A stretch of DNA of 64,000 nucleotides from Mobula hypostoma (Eukaryota), in the NCBI RefSeq assembly GCF_963921235.1, contig NC_086108.1, positions 10,912,001 through 10,976,000 of the forward strand, written 5' to 3'. Every line of letters starts with the position of its first letter. Within the stretch, counting starts at the first letter, position 1. Under the pieces are notes generated by a model. That model saw only the letters and a list, made by a program, of their open reading frames with translations. It had not been told where the DNA came from and did no database searches. Positions 47,801 to 59,489 of this stretch are shown here, one piece after another. A program made the translations under genes and the position numbers.

Positions 47801-47960
47801 TAATGAAAACAAAACCAGCAATCCAAGAGAGCCTCTGCTTCCCCACCCACTACCAGGAAGACCATGGGAGAAGGTCAAGCACAGTCACAGTTGTATCACA
47901 CACGGTCCGGGAGACAAGTCAAACTTCTGGCTAGATACAGAGACTAGACATACAGTTTGA
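44898..47960 (+). CDS. Gag-Pol polyprotein (gag, two zinc knuckles, protease, RT, RNase H, integrase HHCC only)
   Basis: CNRCGYKH...CPAFGQTCKLCQKRNHFAKMC; FKLDTGA; LDANQGFWQI, RLPFG, NITDD; VDAS, YAQIEKELL, SDHKPL; IHESHLG...CAVC. No DDE core. Probable start codon mutated (ATA at 44880). Confidence 0.9.
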   Translation: MSSLSRQGHLAENWKIWIQKSELFCTASGLAEKTEKVQCATFLHVAGEEAIKVCNTLVFQDDEQDKIEVLKKSFKITANQEKNLPFIRHRFFTRTQGPMETIDAYVTDLKSKAKDCEFGQLHDSLIRDRIVCSIRDDQVRGRLLREVDLTSEKAIDVCRASEITSSQVKVLNEEIEVHKVKTVKTNKSRTKPAPQDDQKEVNCNRCGYKHGYRKCPAFGQTCKLCQKRNHFAKMCKSKEHARKVHAVEQSEGNSDMFIGTVEVEQEVCIKNTDNAEMEDEDDWTQDLIINRRKVTFKLDTGAKCSVMSAETFNSLDIRGRLEKSTCKLVAYFGHKTAPLGKKALTCVYKGQLYKIEFEKLQQHIPAILGKATCTKLGLVKRIYGVEKENDIFRDFDDLFSGLGCLPGKHHIKIDPTIAAVVHALRKIPVSLRDQVVEELHRMEQMGVITRQIEPTDWVNSVVTVVTEKKTRICMDPQDLNQAIKREHYPLLTVEEVVSQMPNAKYFSVLDANQGFWQIKLDEESSKLCTFNTPKGRYHFLRLPFGISSASAVFQRSMAQMIEDLDGVINITDDLLIWGDTIEEHDQRLRKLLERAREYNLKLNKSKCKIRTTEIKYIGHVLSADGLKPDDEKVRAAVQLPPPKDKQELLRFMGMIQYLANFITNLSEVSAPLRKLLESNTEWHWEDKQKKSFDTLKQLVTNAPALKFYDVDKPVTMSVDASLEGIGAVILQDGRPVAYGSRALTDCQRRYAQIEKELLAIVYGCEKLHQYGKDIQVESDHKPLESIFKKPLHQAPMRLQRMLLRLQRYTLIVTYKPGKELYIADALSRAYLKEQKEELLGRELEVNWVTPQLPISEEKLNMFRKATADDPEMQILRDITMNGWPTERKDVPKEMQKYWMFKEEISYASGLMFKKAKLIVPNQMRQDVLNRIHESHLGIVKCKERARDILYWPGMSAQIEDIVSQCAVCNENKTSNPREPLLPHPLPGRPWEKVKHSHSCITHGPGDKSNFWLDTETRHTV

Positions 47961-49734
47961 GGCAAAGTCACACATGTCATAAGTTCCAAAGTGTGAAATA
48001 AAAGGTTTATTAGTCTATGTTAGTAAAAGAAAATACACTGCTGTTAGTATTGTAAAATACAATGCAGAATACAGTACAAGGTAAGATTTTTTTTAGTTTA
48101 TGTCATGGTTGTTGCACTGTAAGAAGGGCGTACCTAGAGGCATTGTTTTGGTAATTCACAGTGTTGTAAAATAAAATCTTGAGAAGGGGATGTAATGTAT
48201 TGTGTGAGTATTCGTAGTATCAGAGTGCGTATGACGTCAGGACATGGAAAAAGGTTTTAAAGAAATGGAAGTCTGGTGAATAAAGGTTGGTTGTTCAATC
48301 TACACCGGTGTCCGAGTCACATCAATATTACACGGAGAACCGCAGTTTGAGCGGCAGCTGTAGATCTCGGACTCCGACAGAACCCCTGCCGCCTTGAAAA
48401 GAAAAGAAAGACATGAGAAAAAAGGAGTAAGCTGTTTCATAGATGCACTGGAAGAAATCGCCTGGGTCTACAAAAACCTCTGGCACTATCTGCTCGAGCT
48501 CCTCCCTTGGTGAAGCGATTAAATCCAGGGCTATAAATCTGTGACTGTTTGATAATCGGCTGGGTGATACAAATTATGCAGAGATGATGACACCCCTAAG
48601 GAGAAGGCGGGCCTGAAATCGGACGAAAGGGGCACTTCAGCAACCACTACACTGGAACTTTAATGGGGACTTCCTGCTCTGCCAGAGAGAGAGAAAAAAA
48701 ACTGAATTAATGAGCACACAGATTCAGTGAAGCACTGCTCAGGGATGTTCTGAGCGACGCTACATTTCTATGGATTCTAATTCTATACATATCACTGTGG
48801 GACTCCATAATTCTGCCTCTTGTTCTGCTGACATCATCATCCATGCTTCAAACAAGATCAGACAGAAAAGGACATTAAAGCTATTCATCTTTTTTTATAA
48901 ATAGCTTCACGCTGAAGGTGATCTCAAAATAACTCCCGTGGTTTTATAAAATATACAAAATCTGAGGATTTCTCAATTCAAATTGTCACCCACCTCCCTT
49001 GCAGAATCTCCCCAATTTCTCTTTCAATCTAAGCCTCCCTCAGGCGCGGGCTGAGAACGAAGCTGCTTTGTAATGTTCGAGAGGCCAGAACAGGACGAGA
49101 GCAGGCTTCTCACTGAAGCTGGAGAAGATTACAGACAAAAGGAAAGAAAATCAGAATCGGAACCTGGTTTAACATCATCAGCATGTGTTGTGAAAATTGT
49201 TAACTTTGTGGCAGCAATACAATACATGATAATAGAGAAAAAAACCCGTGAATCATCCCTGAGTCGTTGAATGTGTGTATTCACGATGGAAGTGAGTTTT
49301 AAAAATAAGAGGATTTTCATCATAGGTTAACATACCCAACCGATGCCGTGAGTGAGCTGTGAATTGGATACATTGATAGTTAGCACATGAGTTTTGGATT
49401 ATATAGTCACGTGTGGTTGAACAACCAATACCTGTCAGGAGAGTTTTGCAACTTTGAAGTTTAAGAACAAATGATAAGTTCACAACAATTTTATCAAAAA
49501 GTCACAAATCACCTCAGGGAATGGTAATGGCTCAAATATCTCCTAGAGAGACAAATATATTCAGAATAAACCATGGTCCAAAGATGAATCAATATTTCTC
49601 CAACTAATTCAAAGGTAATCCAATTACAATTGCAGCTGACTAGAGACAGTCATCTACATGCCATTAAAATTCCTTAGTGTTATCATTTCAGAGGATTAAT
49701 CCAGGATCCAGCCCATAAATGCAATTACAAACAA

Positions 49735-49945
49735 AACATGGCAGAGTCTCTACTTCCTTGGAAGTTTGTGAAGATTTGGTATGTCATCTAAAACTTTGAC
49801 AAACTTCTATTGATATGTGGTAGAGAGTATAGTGACTAGTTGTATCATGGCCTGGTATGAAAACACAATGTCCTGACTGGAAAATCCACCAACAAGTAGT
49901 GGATATGGCTCAGTCCATCACAGATAAAGCTCTCCTCACAGTTGA
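49735..49945 (+). mobile_element. Rex1-like LINE fragment (continues about 51545-51830)
   Basis: QSLYFLGSL.RFGMSSKTLTNFY..VVESIVTSCIMAWY motif; resumes after the CR1. Confidence 0.7.
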
Positions 49946-51543
49946 GCATATAGACATTAAGAAAGAAGATGTGCTGGAGCTTTTGGAAAGCATTAATTTG
50001 GATAAGTCACTGGGACCAGATGAAATATAGCCCAAGCTACTGTGGGAGGTGAGGGAGGAGATTGCTGAGCCTCTGGCAATGATCTTTGCTTCATCAATGG
50101 GGATGGGGGAGGTTCCGGAGGATTGGAGGGTTGCAGATGTTGTTCCCTTATTCAAGAAAGAGAGTAGAGATATCCCAGGAAATTATAGACCAGTGAATCT
50201 TACTTCAGTGCTGTGTAAGTCAATGAAGAAGATCCTGAGAGGCAGATTTATGAACATTTGGAGAGGCATCATATGATTAGGAATAGTCAGCATAGCTTTG
50301 TCAAAGGCAGGTCATGCCTTACAAGCCTGATTGAATTTTTTGAGGATGTGACTAAACACATTGATGAGGGAAGAGCAGTAGATGTAGTGTATATGGATTT
50401 CAGCAAGGCATTTCATAAGGTACCCCATGCAAGCCTTATTGAGAAAGTAAGGAGGCATGGGATCCAAGGGGACATTGCTTTGTGGATCCAGAACTGGCTT
50501 GCCCACAGAAGGCAAACAGTGGTTGTAGACGGGTCATATTCTGCATGGAGGTCAGTGACTAATGGTGTGCCTCAGGGATCTGTTCTGGGACACCTACTCT
50601 TTGTGAGTTTTATAAATGACCTGGATGAGGAAGTGGAAGAATGGGTTAGTAGATCTGCTGATGACACAAAGGTTGGGGGTGTTGTGGATAGTGTGGAGGG
50701 CTGTCAGAGGTTACAGCAGGACATCGATAGGATGCAAAATGGGCTGAGAAGTGGCAGATGGAGTTCAACCCAGATAAGTGTGAGGTGGTTCATTTTGGTA
50801 GGTCAAATATGATGGCAGAATATGGTATTAATGGTAAGACTCTTGGCAGTGTGGAGGATCAGAGGGATCTTGGGGTCTGAGTCCATCGAACACTCAAGGC
50901 TGCTGCGCAGTTTGTCTGTGTGGCTAAGAAGACATACGATGTATTGGCATTCAACAACCGTGGGATTGAGTTCAAGAGTTGAGAGGTAATGTTACAGCTA
51001 TATAGGACCCTGGTCAGACCCCACTTGGAGTACTATGCTCAGTTCTGGTCACCTCACGACAGGAAGGATTTGGGTACTATAGAAAGGGTGCAGAGGAGAT
51101 TTACAAGGATGTTGCCCGGATTGGGGAACATGCCTTATGAGAATAGGTTGAGTGAACGTGGCCTTTTCTCCTTGGAGCGACGAAGGATGAGAGGTGACCT
51201 GATAGAGGTGTATAAGATGATGAGAGGCATTGATCGTGTGGATAGTCAGAGGCTTTTTCCCAGGGCTGAAATGGCTAACATAAGAGGGCACAGTGTTAAG
51301 GTGCTTGGAAGTAGGTACAGAGGAGATATCAGGGGTAAGTTTTTTACGCAAAGAGTGGTGAGTGCATGGAATGGCCTGCTGGTGATGGAAATGGAGGCAG
51401 ATACGATAGGGTCTTCTAAGAGACTCCTGGATAGGTACATGGAGCTGAGAAAAATAGAGAGTTATGGGTAACCCTAGGTAATTTCTAAAGTAAGTACATG
51501 TTCGGCAGGGCCTGTATTGTGCTGTAGGTTTTCTATGTTTCTA
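49940..51543 (+). mobile_element. CR1 LINE, 5'-truncated (RT to tail)
   Basis: EDWRVADVVPLFKK, NYRPVNLTS, GVPQGSVLG, ADDTK, LVRPHLEY; tail TTCTATGTTTCTA. Confidence 0.95.
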
Positions 51544-51854
51544 ACTATAAGGTACACTGTTGCAAGAAAGCAGCATCCATCATAAAGAACACCACTATAC
51601 AGGACATAGCCTCTTCTTGCTTCTCAACCATCAGGCTCCGGAACCAGTGCGGATGACTTCACTCACCTCAACTCTGAACTGATTCCATTACCTATAGACT
51701 CATTTGGCCTCTAATTCCTTAGGAGTCTTCAGAGATTTGACATGATATCTAAAACTTTGATAAACTTCTATAGATGTGCAGTGAAGAGTGTATTGACTGC
51801 ATCATAGCCGAATTTACTTTGAACTTTAAACCTTTCATAACTGAATTCAAAAAT

Positions 51855-52655
51855 CAAAATACATATATTATTTAAGTACAGACACATATATGTCATCGTA
51901 TACAATCCTGAGAACCATTTTCCTGTGGGCATACTCAGAAAATCTATGGAATAGTAACTATAACAGGATTAATGAAAGATCAACCAAAGTGCAGAAGACA
52001 ACAAACTGTGCAACTGCAAATATAGATAAGTAGCAATAAATACTGAGAACATGAGATAATGAGAGAAAGAATCCTTAAAGTGAGATCATTGGTTGTGGGA
52101 ACATCTCAATTGATGGGCAAGTGAGTGTAGTTATCCTCTTTTATTCAAGAGCCTGATGGTTGAGGGGTAGTAATTGTTCTTGAACCTGATGGTGTGAGTA
52201 CTGAGGCTCATGTACTTTCTACCTGATGGCAGCCGTGAGAAAAGAGCACGTCCTGGGTGGTGAGGATTTCTGATGATAGATGTGGCTTTCTTATGACAGC
52301 CTTTCAGCTCAATGGTTGGGAGGGCTTTACCTGTGGTGTGCTGAGCCAAATCCACTAATTTTGTATGATTTTCCATTCAAAGGCATTGGTGTTCCCATAC
52401 AAGTCCATGACGCAGCCAATCAATACACTCTCCACTACACATCTATAGAATTTTGTCAAAGTTTTGGATGTCATGCTGAACTGCTGACAACTCCTGAGGA
52501 AGTAGAGGTGCTGCTGTGATTTCTTCGCAATTACATTTTCATGTTGGATCCGGGACAGATCCTCTGAAATAGTGACACCCAGGAATTTAAAGTTACTAGC
52601 CCCTCCACCTCTGATCCTCCGATGAGAATCGGCTCGTAGACCTCTGGTGTCCCTC
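51855..52655 (-). mobile_element. Rex1/Babar-like LINE 3' portion
   Basis: ORF 52131-52376 ...SIIRNPHHPGRALFSRLPSGRKYMSL...YYPSTIRLLN. Confidence 0.8.
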
Positions 52656-53185
52656 TGTGAGTTACCAATTATTGCCTTATATATTGCACTGAGGTGTCAG
52701 TACCTCCAGTTGAACTCTGTCTTTTTGTGTGTTTTCCCCTAGCTGTCAGTCTGTGGTTTGTATTGCCACGTGCTCCTGTCCCTGCTCCTGCTCTACTCCG
52801 GCCCCTGTACTACTGAGTAATCCATCCCTCATCTGTTTCTCATTATTACCTGCATTGCTGCCACCTGGGTCTCATTGTGCTCCACCTATCATCTGCCTCT
52901 CTGTTTATTGCTCAGTGTATTTCAGTCCTGTGTTTCCACCTGTTTGTTGCCAGATTGTGTCACGAATTTTCCTGAGCTTTTCCAGCATTCGTATCTGCAC
53001 TGTCTCTGTTTGAATATCCACTCTGCCTGTTTCCTGATTCTGGTTTTTGGATTTCTCTGGATGTTTTGATCTCTGCATGGACTTTGACGCCAACTTTGTT
53101 TGCACCTTGGGATTTGTTACTTAATTAATATCACTGTGTGCACAGTACTGGGTCTGCGATTGGATCCCTACTCCAGCGCCCTGAC
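52656..53185 (+). mobile_element. Probable solo LTR (Gypsy type)
   Basis: TGT...TGAC termini, repeated CACCTG boxes, ctgc..ttggatcc near the 3' end; no TSD seen. Confidence 0.4.
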
Positions 53186-55443
53186 CAGAGGACAACTATC
53201 ACTAAAGTTTCAAGATTCTCGGTGGGTAATCACACTGTCTCTCAAAACAGAACATAGAACAGTACAGCACAGAGCAGACCTTTTAGTCCGTGATGTTGTG
53301 CTGCCCTATACAAACCTACTCCATGAGAAACATAACCTTTCTCTCCCACATAACCCTCCATTTTTCTATCATCTATTTGCCTATCTAAGAGCTTCTTAAA
53401 TGTCTCCTGATGTCCCTATCTCTACCATTACCCCTGGCAGGACATTCCATGCACTCACCACTCTCTCTGTACAATAATTTATCTCAGATGTTTGTTTGTT
53501 CGTTCTGCACCATATCGCATGGCAAAGCCGATCATGGTCACTCCTAGACTATAATTGTTCCTGGTGAGCTTTTCTACAGAAGTGCTTTGCTGTTACCTTT
53601 GTAATGCCCTGGTAAAGATTTCTACTGTTATGCTTGAGGTATTTCATTTTAGTAGTTTTATGTAAAAGCAGTGTGACCTGCTGGTAGAATGTTTCGGTTA
53701 AAGATGAGGAGCCATGTTGTTCAACTTAGGAATGTTGTGTCAGCCAATCAGGATGGTGAGATTGGGAGAACGTTTTAGAGAGCTGGTCAGAGAGATTTGT
53801 GAGGGACCATGGTGGGGTTTTGAGAAGAGAAGATCGGGAGAGAAGCTTGTAGGATTCAATCAAGCTAGAAGATGAGATGAAGGAGTTCAAGTTCTGCTGG
53901 GAATTGCTGATGAGAATTCAGCACCTTGGGTAATAGAAGAGATTTTGGAAGAGATGAGCTCCAACAGTCATGTGCACATTTAGACTAGTCTAACTGTAAT
54001 GGGTTATTTTATTTGTTTATTCTTTATTTTCTTTCTCTTAATAACTTTTTGATAAAGTTGAAATTGGTAAATATACTTGTATTATAATTTCATGCTGGAG
54101 TATGATTTGCCATTTCTTAGTGACCCAGTATTTCTGTATGGGCAGTATTTACACAGCATTCACTCAAATCAAAGTTCCTTGCATTGGATTTCCCAATGTT
54201 CCTGCTTGATTGAACCCCAAATCATATCGACCCTAGAAGTACATTATATACGAAAGGTGGCCTTCTCACTGCCAAGTCATGTGGCTATTAGCAGAGTTAG
54301 CTAATGAGTCAAGTTTGTATACAAACCTTGGTGAGAGGAGTACATTTTGTGGGGGCTCGTCCAGGATTTTGGATGCTGTGTGAATGCCGTTTTAGGATTG
54401 ATTAAAAGGTTTGTGTTTAAGCCAGCGTTTGGACTAGTGTCTGGAAAGTTCATTAAGGTACTTTCTCATATGGATGCTGCCGGGTTTAAGGTTTGGTGCA
54501 ATTTGAAGTGATTACCCACAAATAAAGCTTGTGTTCTGAGTGGGGTGGATGAACTCTACTCAGAGTGCTGAGTTCAGTAGAAGTATTGGGGTAAGTTACG
54601 CTGGTTGAACAGTGTTTTGACCCATCGGCTGGTAAGGATGTTGTGTTAGTCCAGCCAAGCAGCGACGTGACTGAAGTCATGCTGCCTGATATATTGGGAG
54701 ACCCTTGAGAGTTGAGACCACGGATAGTCCATATTTTTAAAGAAAAGGGGGGAATGTGGCTGAGGGTGAAGTGAGGGAAAGGAGTGGTCTGATGTGAAGA
54801 TCTAATCTTCAGTGGCTGATAGAAATTCTGAGTTGGCTTTAACAATAACGTTACTGATCAATAAATGCCAAAGTGTACCTGTGGAGAGGAAAGTTATCGT
54901 AGGTTGAGAATGGCTTAACTCCAGAGAACAATCTCCAATGAGAAAGAAGAATGAGACTTCAGTGGAGCACACATCTCAGGTATTGGATGGGTGGCAGTGC
55001 TCAGAGGTAACGTGCAAAGACAGAGACTGGTAGAGAGTCTAAAAGGTCTGGCTGCTGAGTTGGTGAGGTCAATAGAGGCAGAAAACCCATTGGTCATGAT
55101 CGTGGGCAACATACAAGTGTTAGAAAGATTTTTGGCATGACAGACAGCCCAGTGGAGCTTACATTCCTGAGGAAAGGGGGAAAAACTTTCTTCCTGCATT
55201 TTCAAGCTAGAGAGACAACTGCTTTGTTTGTGTCATAAAGGGGCCATTCAGCTAGCTGAGGTAAATACATTAAGGATGGAACAAGTGGTGAAGACATGCA
55301 ATGTGATTGCTTTAAGCATTCCAATGTCTCATGAGGCATGTCCCCCTCCCTCGTTTGTTGAGCTGATCAGAGAAGTAAGAGAGGAGGAAAATATGATGGA
55401 GGAGCAGGAGGCCTCCACCTGTAGGCAATGTCCTCAGTAGTAG

Positions 55444-56056
55444 ACCGCTTTGCTGAACATCTACACTCTGTCCGCTAGAGAAAGCAGGATCTCCCAGTGG
55501 CCACACATTTTAATTCCACATCCCATTCCCATTCTGACATGTCTATCCACGGCCTCCTCTACTGTAAAGATGAAGCCACACTCAGGTTGGAGGAACAACA
55601 CCTTGTATTCCGTCTGGGTAGCCTCCAACCTGATGGCATGAACATTGACTTCTCAAACTTCCGTTAATGCCCCACCTCTCCCTCATACTCCATCTGATAT
55701 TTATTTATATACACACAATCTTTCTTTCTCTCCTTTTTCTCCCTCTGTCCCTCTGACTATACCCCTTGCACATCCTCTGGGTCGTCCCCCCCCCTTTTCC
55801 TTGTCCCTGGACATCCTGTCCCATGATCCTCTCATATCCCCTTTGCCAATCACCTGTCCAGCTCTTGGCTCCATCCCTCCCCCTCCTGCCTTCTCCTATC
55901 ATTTTGGATCTCCCCCTCCCCCTCCCACTTTCAAATCTCTTACTAGCTCTTCCTTCAGTTAGTTCTGACAAAGGGTCTTGGCCCGAAACGTCAATTATAC
56001 CTCTTCCCAGAGATGCTGTCTGGCCTGCTGCGTTCACCAGCAACTTTGATATGTGT
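55444..56056 (+). mobile_element. Young 5'-truncated PLE inserted in the Gypsy gag
   Basis: 15-bp TSD TGTCCTCAGTAGTAG (55429-43 / 56057-71); DRFAEHL...VATHFN...LEEQHL.FRLGSLQPDGMN; hammerhead-like motif at 55960-55997. Confidence 0.9.
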
Positions 56057-57439
56057 TGTCCTCAGTAGTAGCCTCTGTTGCTGAAGTGACCCCAATGGCA
56101 CACAAGCTGGGGGCTTTGCAGGATGCAGTGAAGGACCTGCAAGCCGAGGTATCTTGGCTGATGTCGGCTAGTGTAGCCACCAAATGTGACATGCCTGATA
56201 GGAAACTGGACCCACCGGTAGGCTGTACTAAGCAGAGGACTGCTATTGGCTGGGGGTCTCTTAATAAGAGAAGCAACCAGCAGTTTCTGTTACAACTGTG
56301 GAGAAGATGGACATCTCAAGTGGGAGTGTGAAGGACAAGAAAACTTTTGAAAAGTTACCCAATGGTTACTTATACAGAAAAGGCAGAAACTTTGGAGAGA
56401 CCCAGTAGTGGAACAGCCTGGCATCTCAGAGAGAACACGTTCCAATCAATGTATGAAGGAAAACACTAAAGTGCAAAACCCTATTCCTGAAGGCGTAGCG
56501 GGACCAAGCTTGTGTGTATCCATATGGAGTGAGGGTATTTATGTTAGATCCATACTTGACACAGGTTCTCAGGTTAATCAACTTTACAGATCCTCTTACA
56601 ACTTGTCTTTGACGCACTTACCATTGCTGGCACTCTGTGCCCTAGAGCTCTGGGGCTTTGGGATGATACTTATGATGGTTTCTTGTTGTTGAAGCTGAAG
56701 TTTTTGGTTGCTGGAGTAGCTGAGACCTTTGATACATCAGTTTGGTCTGTTCAGATATGGTTGAAAAAGGTGAAGCTTCCATTATTGTGGGAACAAATAC
56801 TCACATTGTGAGAAGGCTCGTGAGAGCATGCGAGGAGAGAAGTGGAGAGAAATTTTTTGAAAACCTTGTCTATTCACTCTGTGTTCAGAGCTGTTTTTTA
56901 GAAGGTGCAAGTTCCTACTAAGCAGGATGATGACCATAGAACCATTGGAGCTGAAACATTGATGTGGATGCTTTGCCCTAAAATTCACATGAGGTGCTGG
57001 AAATAGATGGAGACTGGGAGAGCATTCCTGCCTGTGGTGTTAAAGCAATGTGCCAGTTTTCCACAGCGTGGAAATCAGAAGCAAGGCTGTAGCAGGATAG
57101 AGCTGTGGATCAACTGGCAGCTTCTGGTTGTGTCATTCCACAAGCTTATTACAACTTGACCACTCTGGATGCAAACTGTTGCCTACCTTGAGTCCAGTGA
57201 AACTGGCAGCAGCCCGGCGAGACGACCCCTGCATAGGTGCCATTTGGTCATCTATTGTCAAAGAGGATATGGCCCAAGTTGGGGGAAAAAAAACAAAGCA
57301 CCTTACAATGTCCCTACTGATGAGGGAATGGAACAAACTGGAGTTGAGGAACCAAGTTTTATGCAGTGCCATATCTCCTCCAGACAGGCCTCAGTGTTCC
57401 CAGTTGTTTTTTCCTGAGAAGTATCAAAGATTGTGTTAA

Positions 57440-58474
57440 GGTCACTTCATGATGATTCAGGTCACCTACAGTTTGACAAGACCTATGGATTGGTCTGAGA
57501 TTGGTTCTATTGGCCCCAAATGAATCCTGAGGTTGAAGAGTACTGCAAGTCGTGTATCCGATGTGTTCAGAGGAAGGCACTCTTTACAAGAGTTGCTCCA
57601 TTATCTTATTTGCAGAGTGCAGGACTACTTGATCTAGTACATGTGATTTTCTCACCAAAGAGTCAGATTCCAGCAACACTGCGAATGTCTTGGTCATCAC
57701 TGATCACTATACCAGATATGCTCAAGGCTTCCCTACAAGGATCAGAGTACATCCACAGTTGCCAAAGTGTTATGGGAGAAGTACTTTGTTGATTATGGGC
57801 TCCCAAGAAGAATTCAGTGATTGGGAAGGGATTTTGATAGTAGGCTCGTGCTTGAGTTACTGAGCATGCTTGGAGTTAAGAAGTCGAGGACCACACCATA
57901 TCACCCTCATGGTGATCCCCAGCTTGAGAGGTTCAACTGGACATTGTTAGACATGCTCAGAACCCTGGATATCAGCAAAAAGAACAAATGGAGTCATTAT
58001 ATTGGGCATTTGGTTCACTGCTACAACTGTACACAGAATGAAGCTCCTGGCTGCTCGTCATACTATTTGACGTCTGGGTGCGAAGTGAGATTGCCTGTAG
58101 ATCTCTGTTCTGGAGCCAGTGGTAAAGACTTGCCACAGAAGACCTATATTAAGTATGTGTTTGACATGAAGGGAGATTTACAAAAGGCTTATGAGCTAGC
58201 AGTGGTTTCTGCTACCAAGCAAGATCATGGAAACGAGAGGGGATATGATCAAAAGATTAGGTTTTCTCAATTGATGCCTGGAGGCAGAGTTTTATTAAGA
58301 AATTTGGGGCTACCAGGGAAGCCTAGGTTGGCTGACTGCTGGGTGTCTATGCTTAAAGTAGTGGTGAGTCAGATGCCCAAAGTGCCAGATTTCCAGCTGA
58401 GGTCAGAGGACAGGAACAGCCCTGTTAAAATTCTCCATCAGAATCACCTTTTACTCCTAGGGCAGGAGGTATAA
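57440..58474 (+). pseudogene. Gypsy integrase remnant
   Basis: HDDSGH...YWP.M..EVEEYCKSCIRC; GRDFDS...KSRTTPYHPHGDPQLERFNWTLLDML. Confidence 0.85.
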
Positions 58475-59489
58475 TTTGGCCCAGGGCCTGACGTGGAACA
58501 TATATCTAGTGGGAGAACTCAGCATAGAGGGGGGAGCAGAAAGGCAATCAGCGGAAAGATTTGAAAAGGACCCAACCATTGAATGCTGTATGGACTCGGA
58601 GGATAAAGAGATGGGGTTGTGGCATGTGTTATCTTATACAAACTCCTGAAGAATTGATGAAGAGATTCCTGAATCTCCCAACTCTGACTCGGGTGTAACG
58701 GGGAGGACTATCAGTGGAGAGGCAGATGTAATGAGACACTGGGCTCCCATGTAATTGAGGAGGAAGCTGAGCTCAGTCAGGTGACAGGGGGCCTGAGTTG
58801 CTGGAAGGCACAAGTGATGGACTGGGGGTGGCATCCCTAAGTGTACAGGAACCGTGACAAGGGTTGCCTGAAGCTGAAGATGAGATAAGGTCTCAGAGTC
58901 AGGAAACCCCTAGATAGGCTGGAATATGATGCACCGGGGAAACAGTGTTGCATCCATCCCAATAGTGAGATATGTTACTTGGCACTTACAAGTGGACTAG
59001 GGGGTCTTGAAATCACAAAATTAATTTGGATACTGTATTATTAATAATGGTTTATTAAGTTCCAAAGTCCTGAGGGCATAACTATCTTTGGTGGGGAGAA
59101 TATAATGCTCTGGTTAAGACGTCTACTGCTATGCTGTGAGGTATTTCATTTTAGTAGTTTTCTGTTTAAAAACAGTGTGCCCTGATGGTAGGATGTTTTG
59201 GTTTTGGCTAAAGATAAGGAGCCATATTGTTCAATCTAGGAATATTGTGTCAGCCAGACAGGATGGTGGGATCGGGAGAAGGTTCTAGAGAGAGCTTGAT
59301 GAAGAGAGATTTGTAATGGACAGTGGTGGGGTTTGTGTTCTTTTGGTGGGAGATGCAGAGTAGCAAAGATTAGGAGGGAAGCCCATAGGATTCGATCTGA
59401 GGGGAAGATGCAATCACAAGGAGTATGTCAAGAGACGAAGGGGTCCAAGATGGGAAGTTCTACCAGTGAATGGTGATGAGAATTCAGCA

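Larger units (their letters stand above)
44686..48332 (+). mobile_element. Ty3/Gypsy LTR retrotransposon (Mag-like), integrase-deleted provirus
   Basis: LTRs 44686-44827 and 48191-48332 (142 bp, TGTAAT...ATTACA); TSD CGGAG; PBS TGGCGTCAGAAG; PPT GAGAAGGGGA. Confidence 0.97.
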
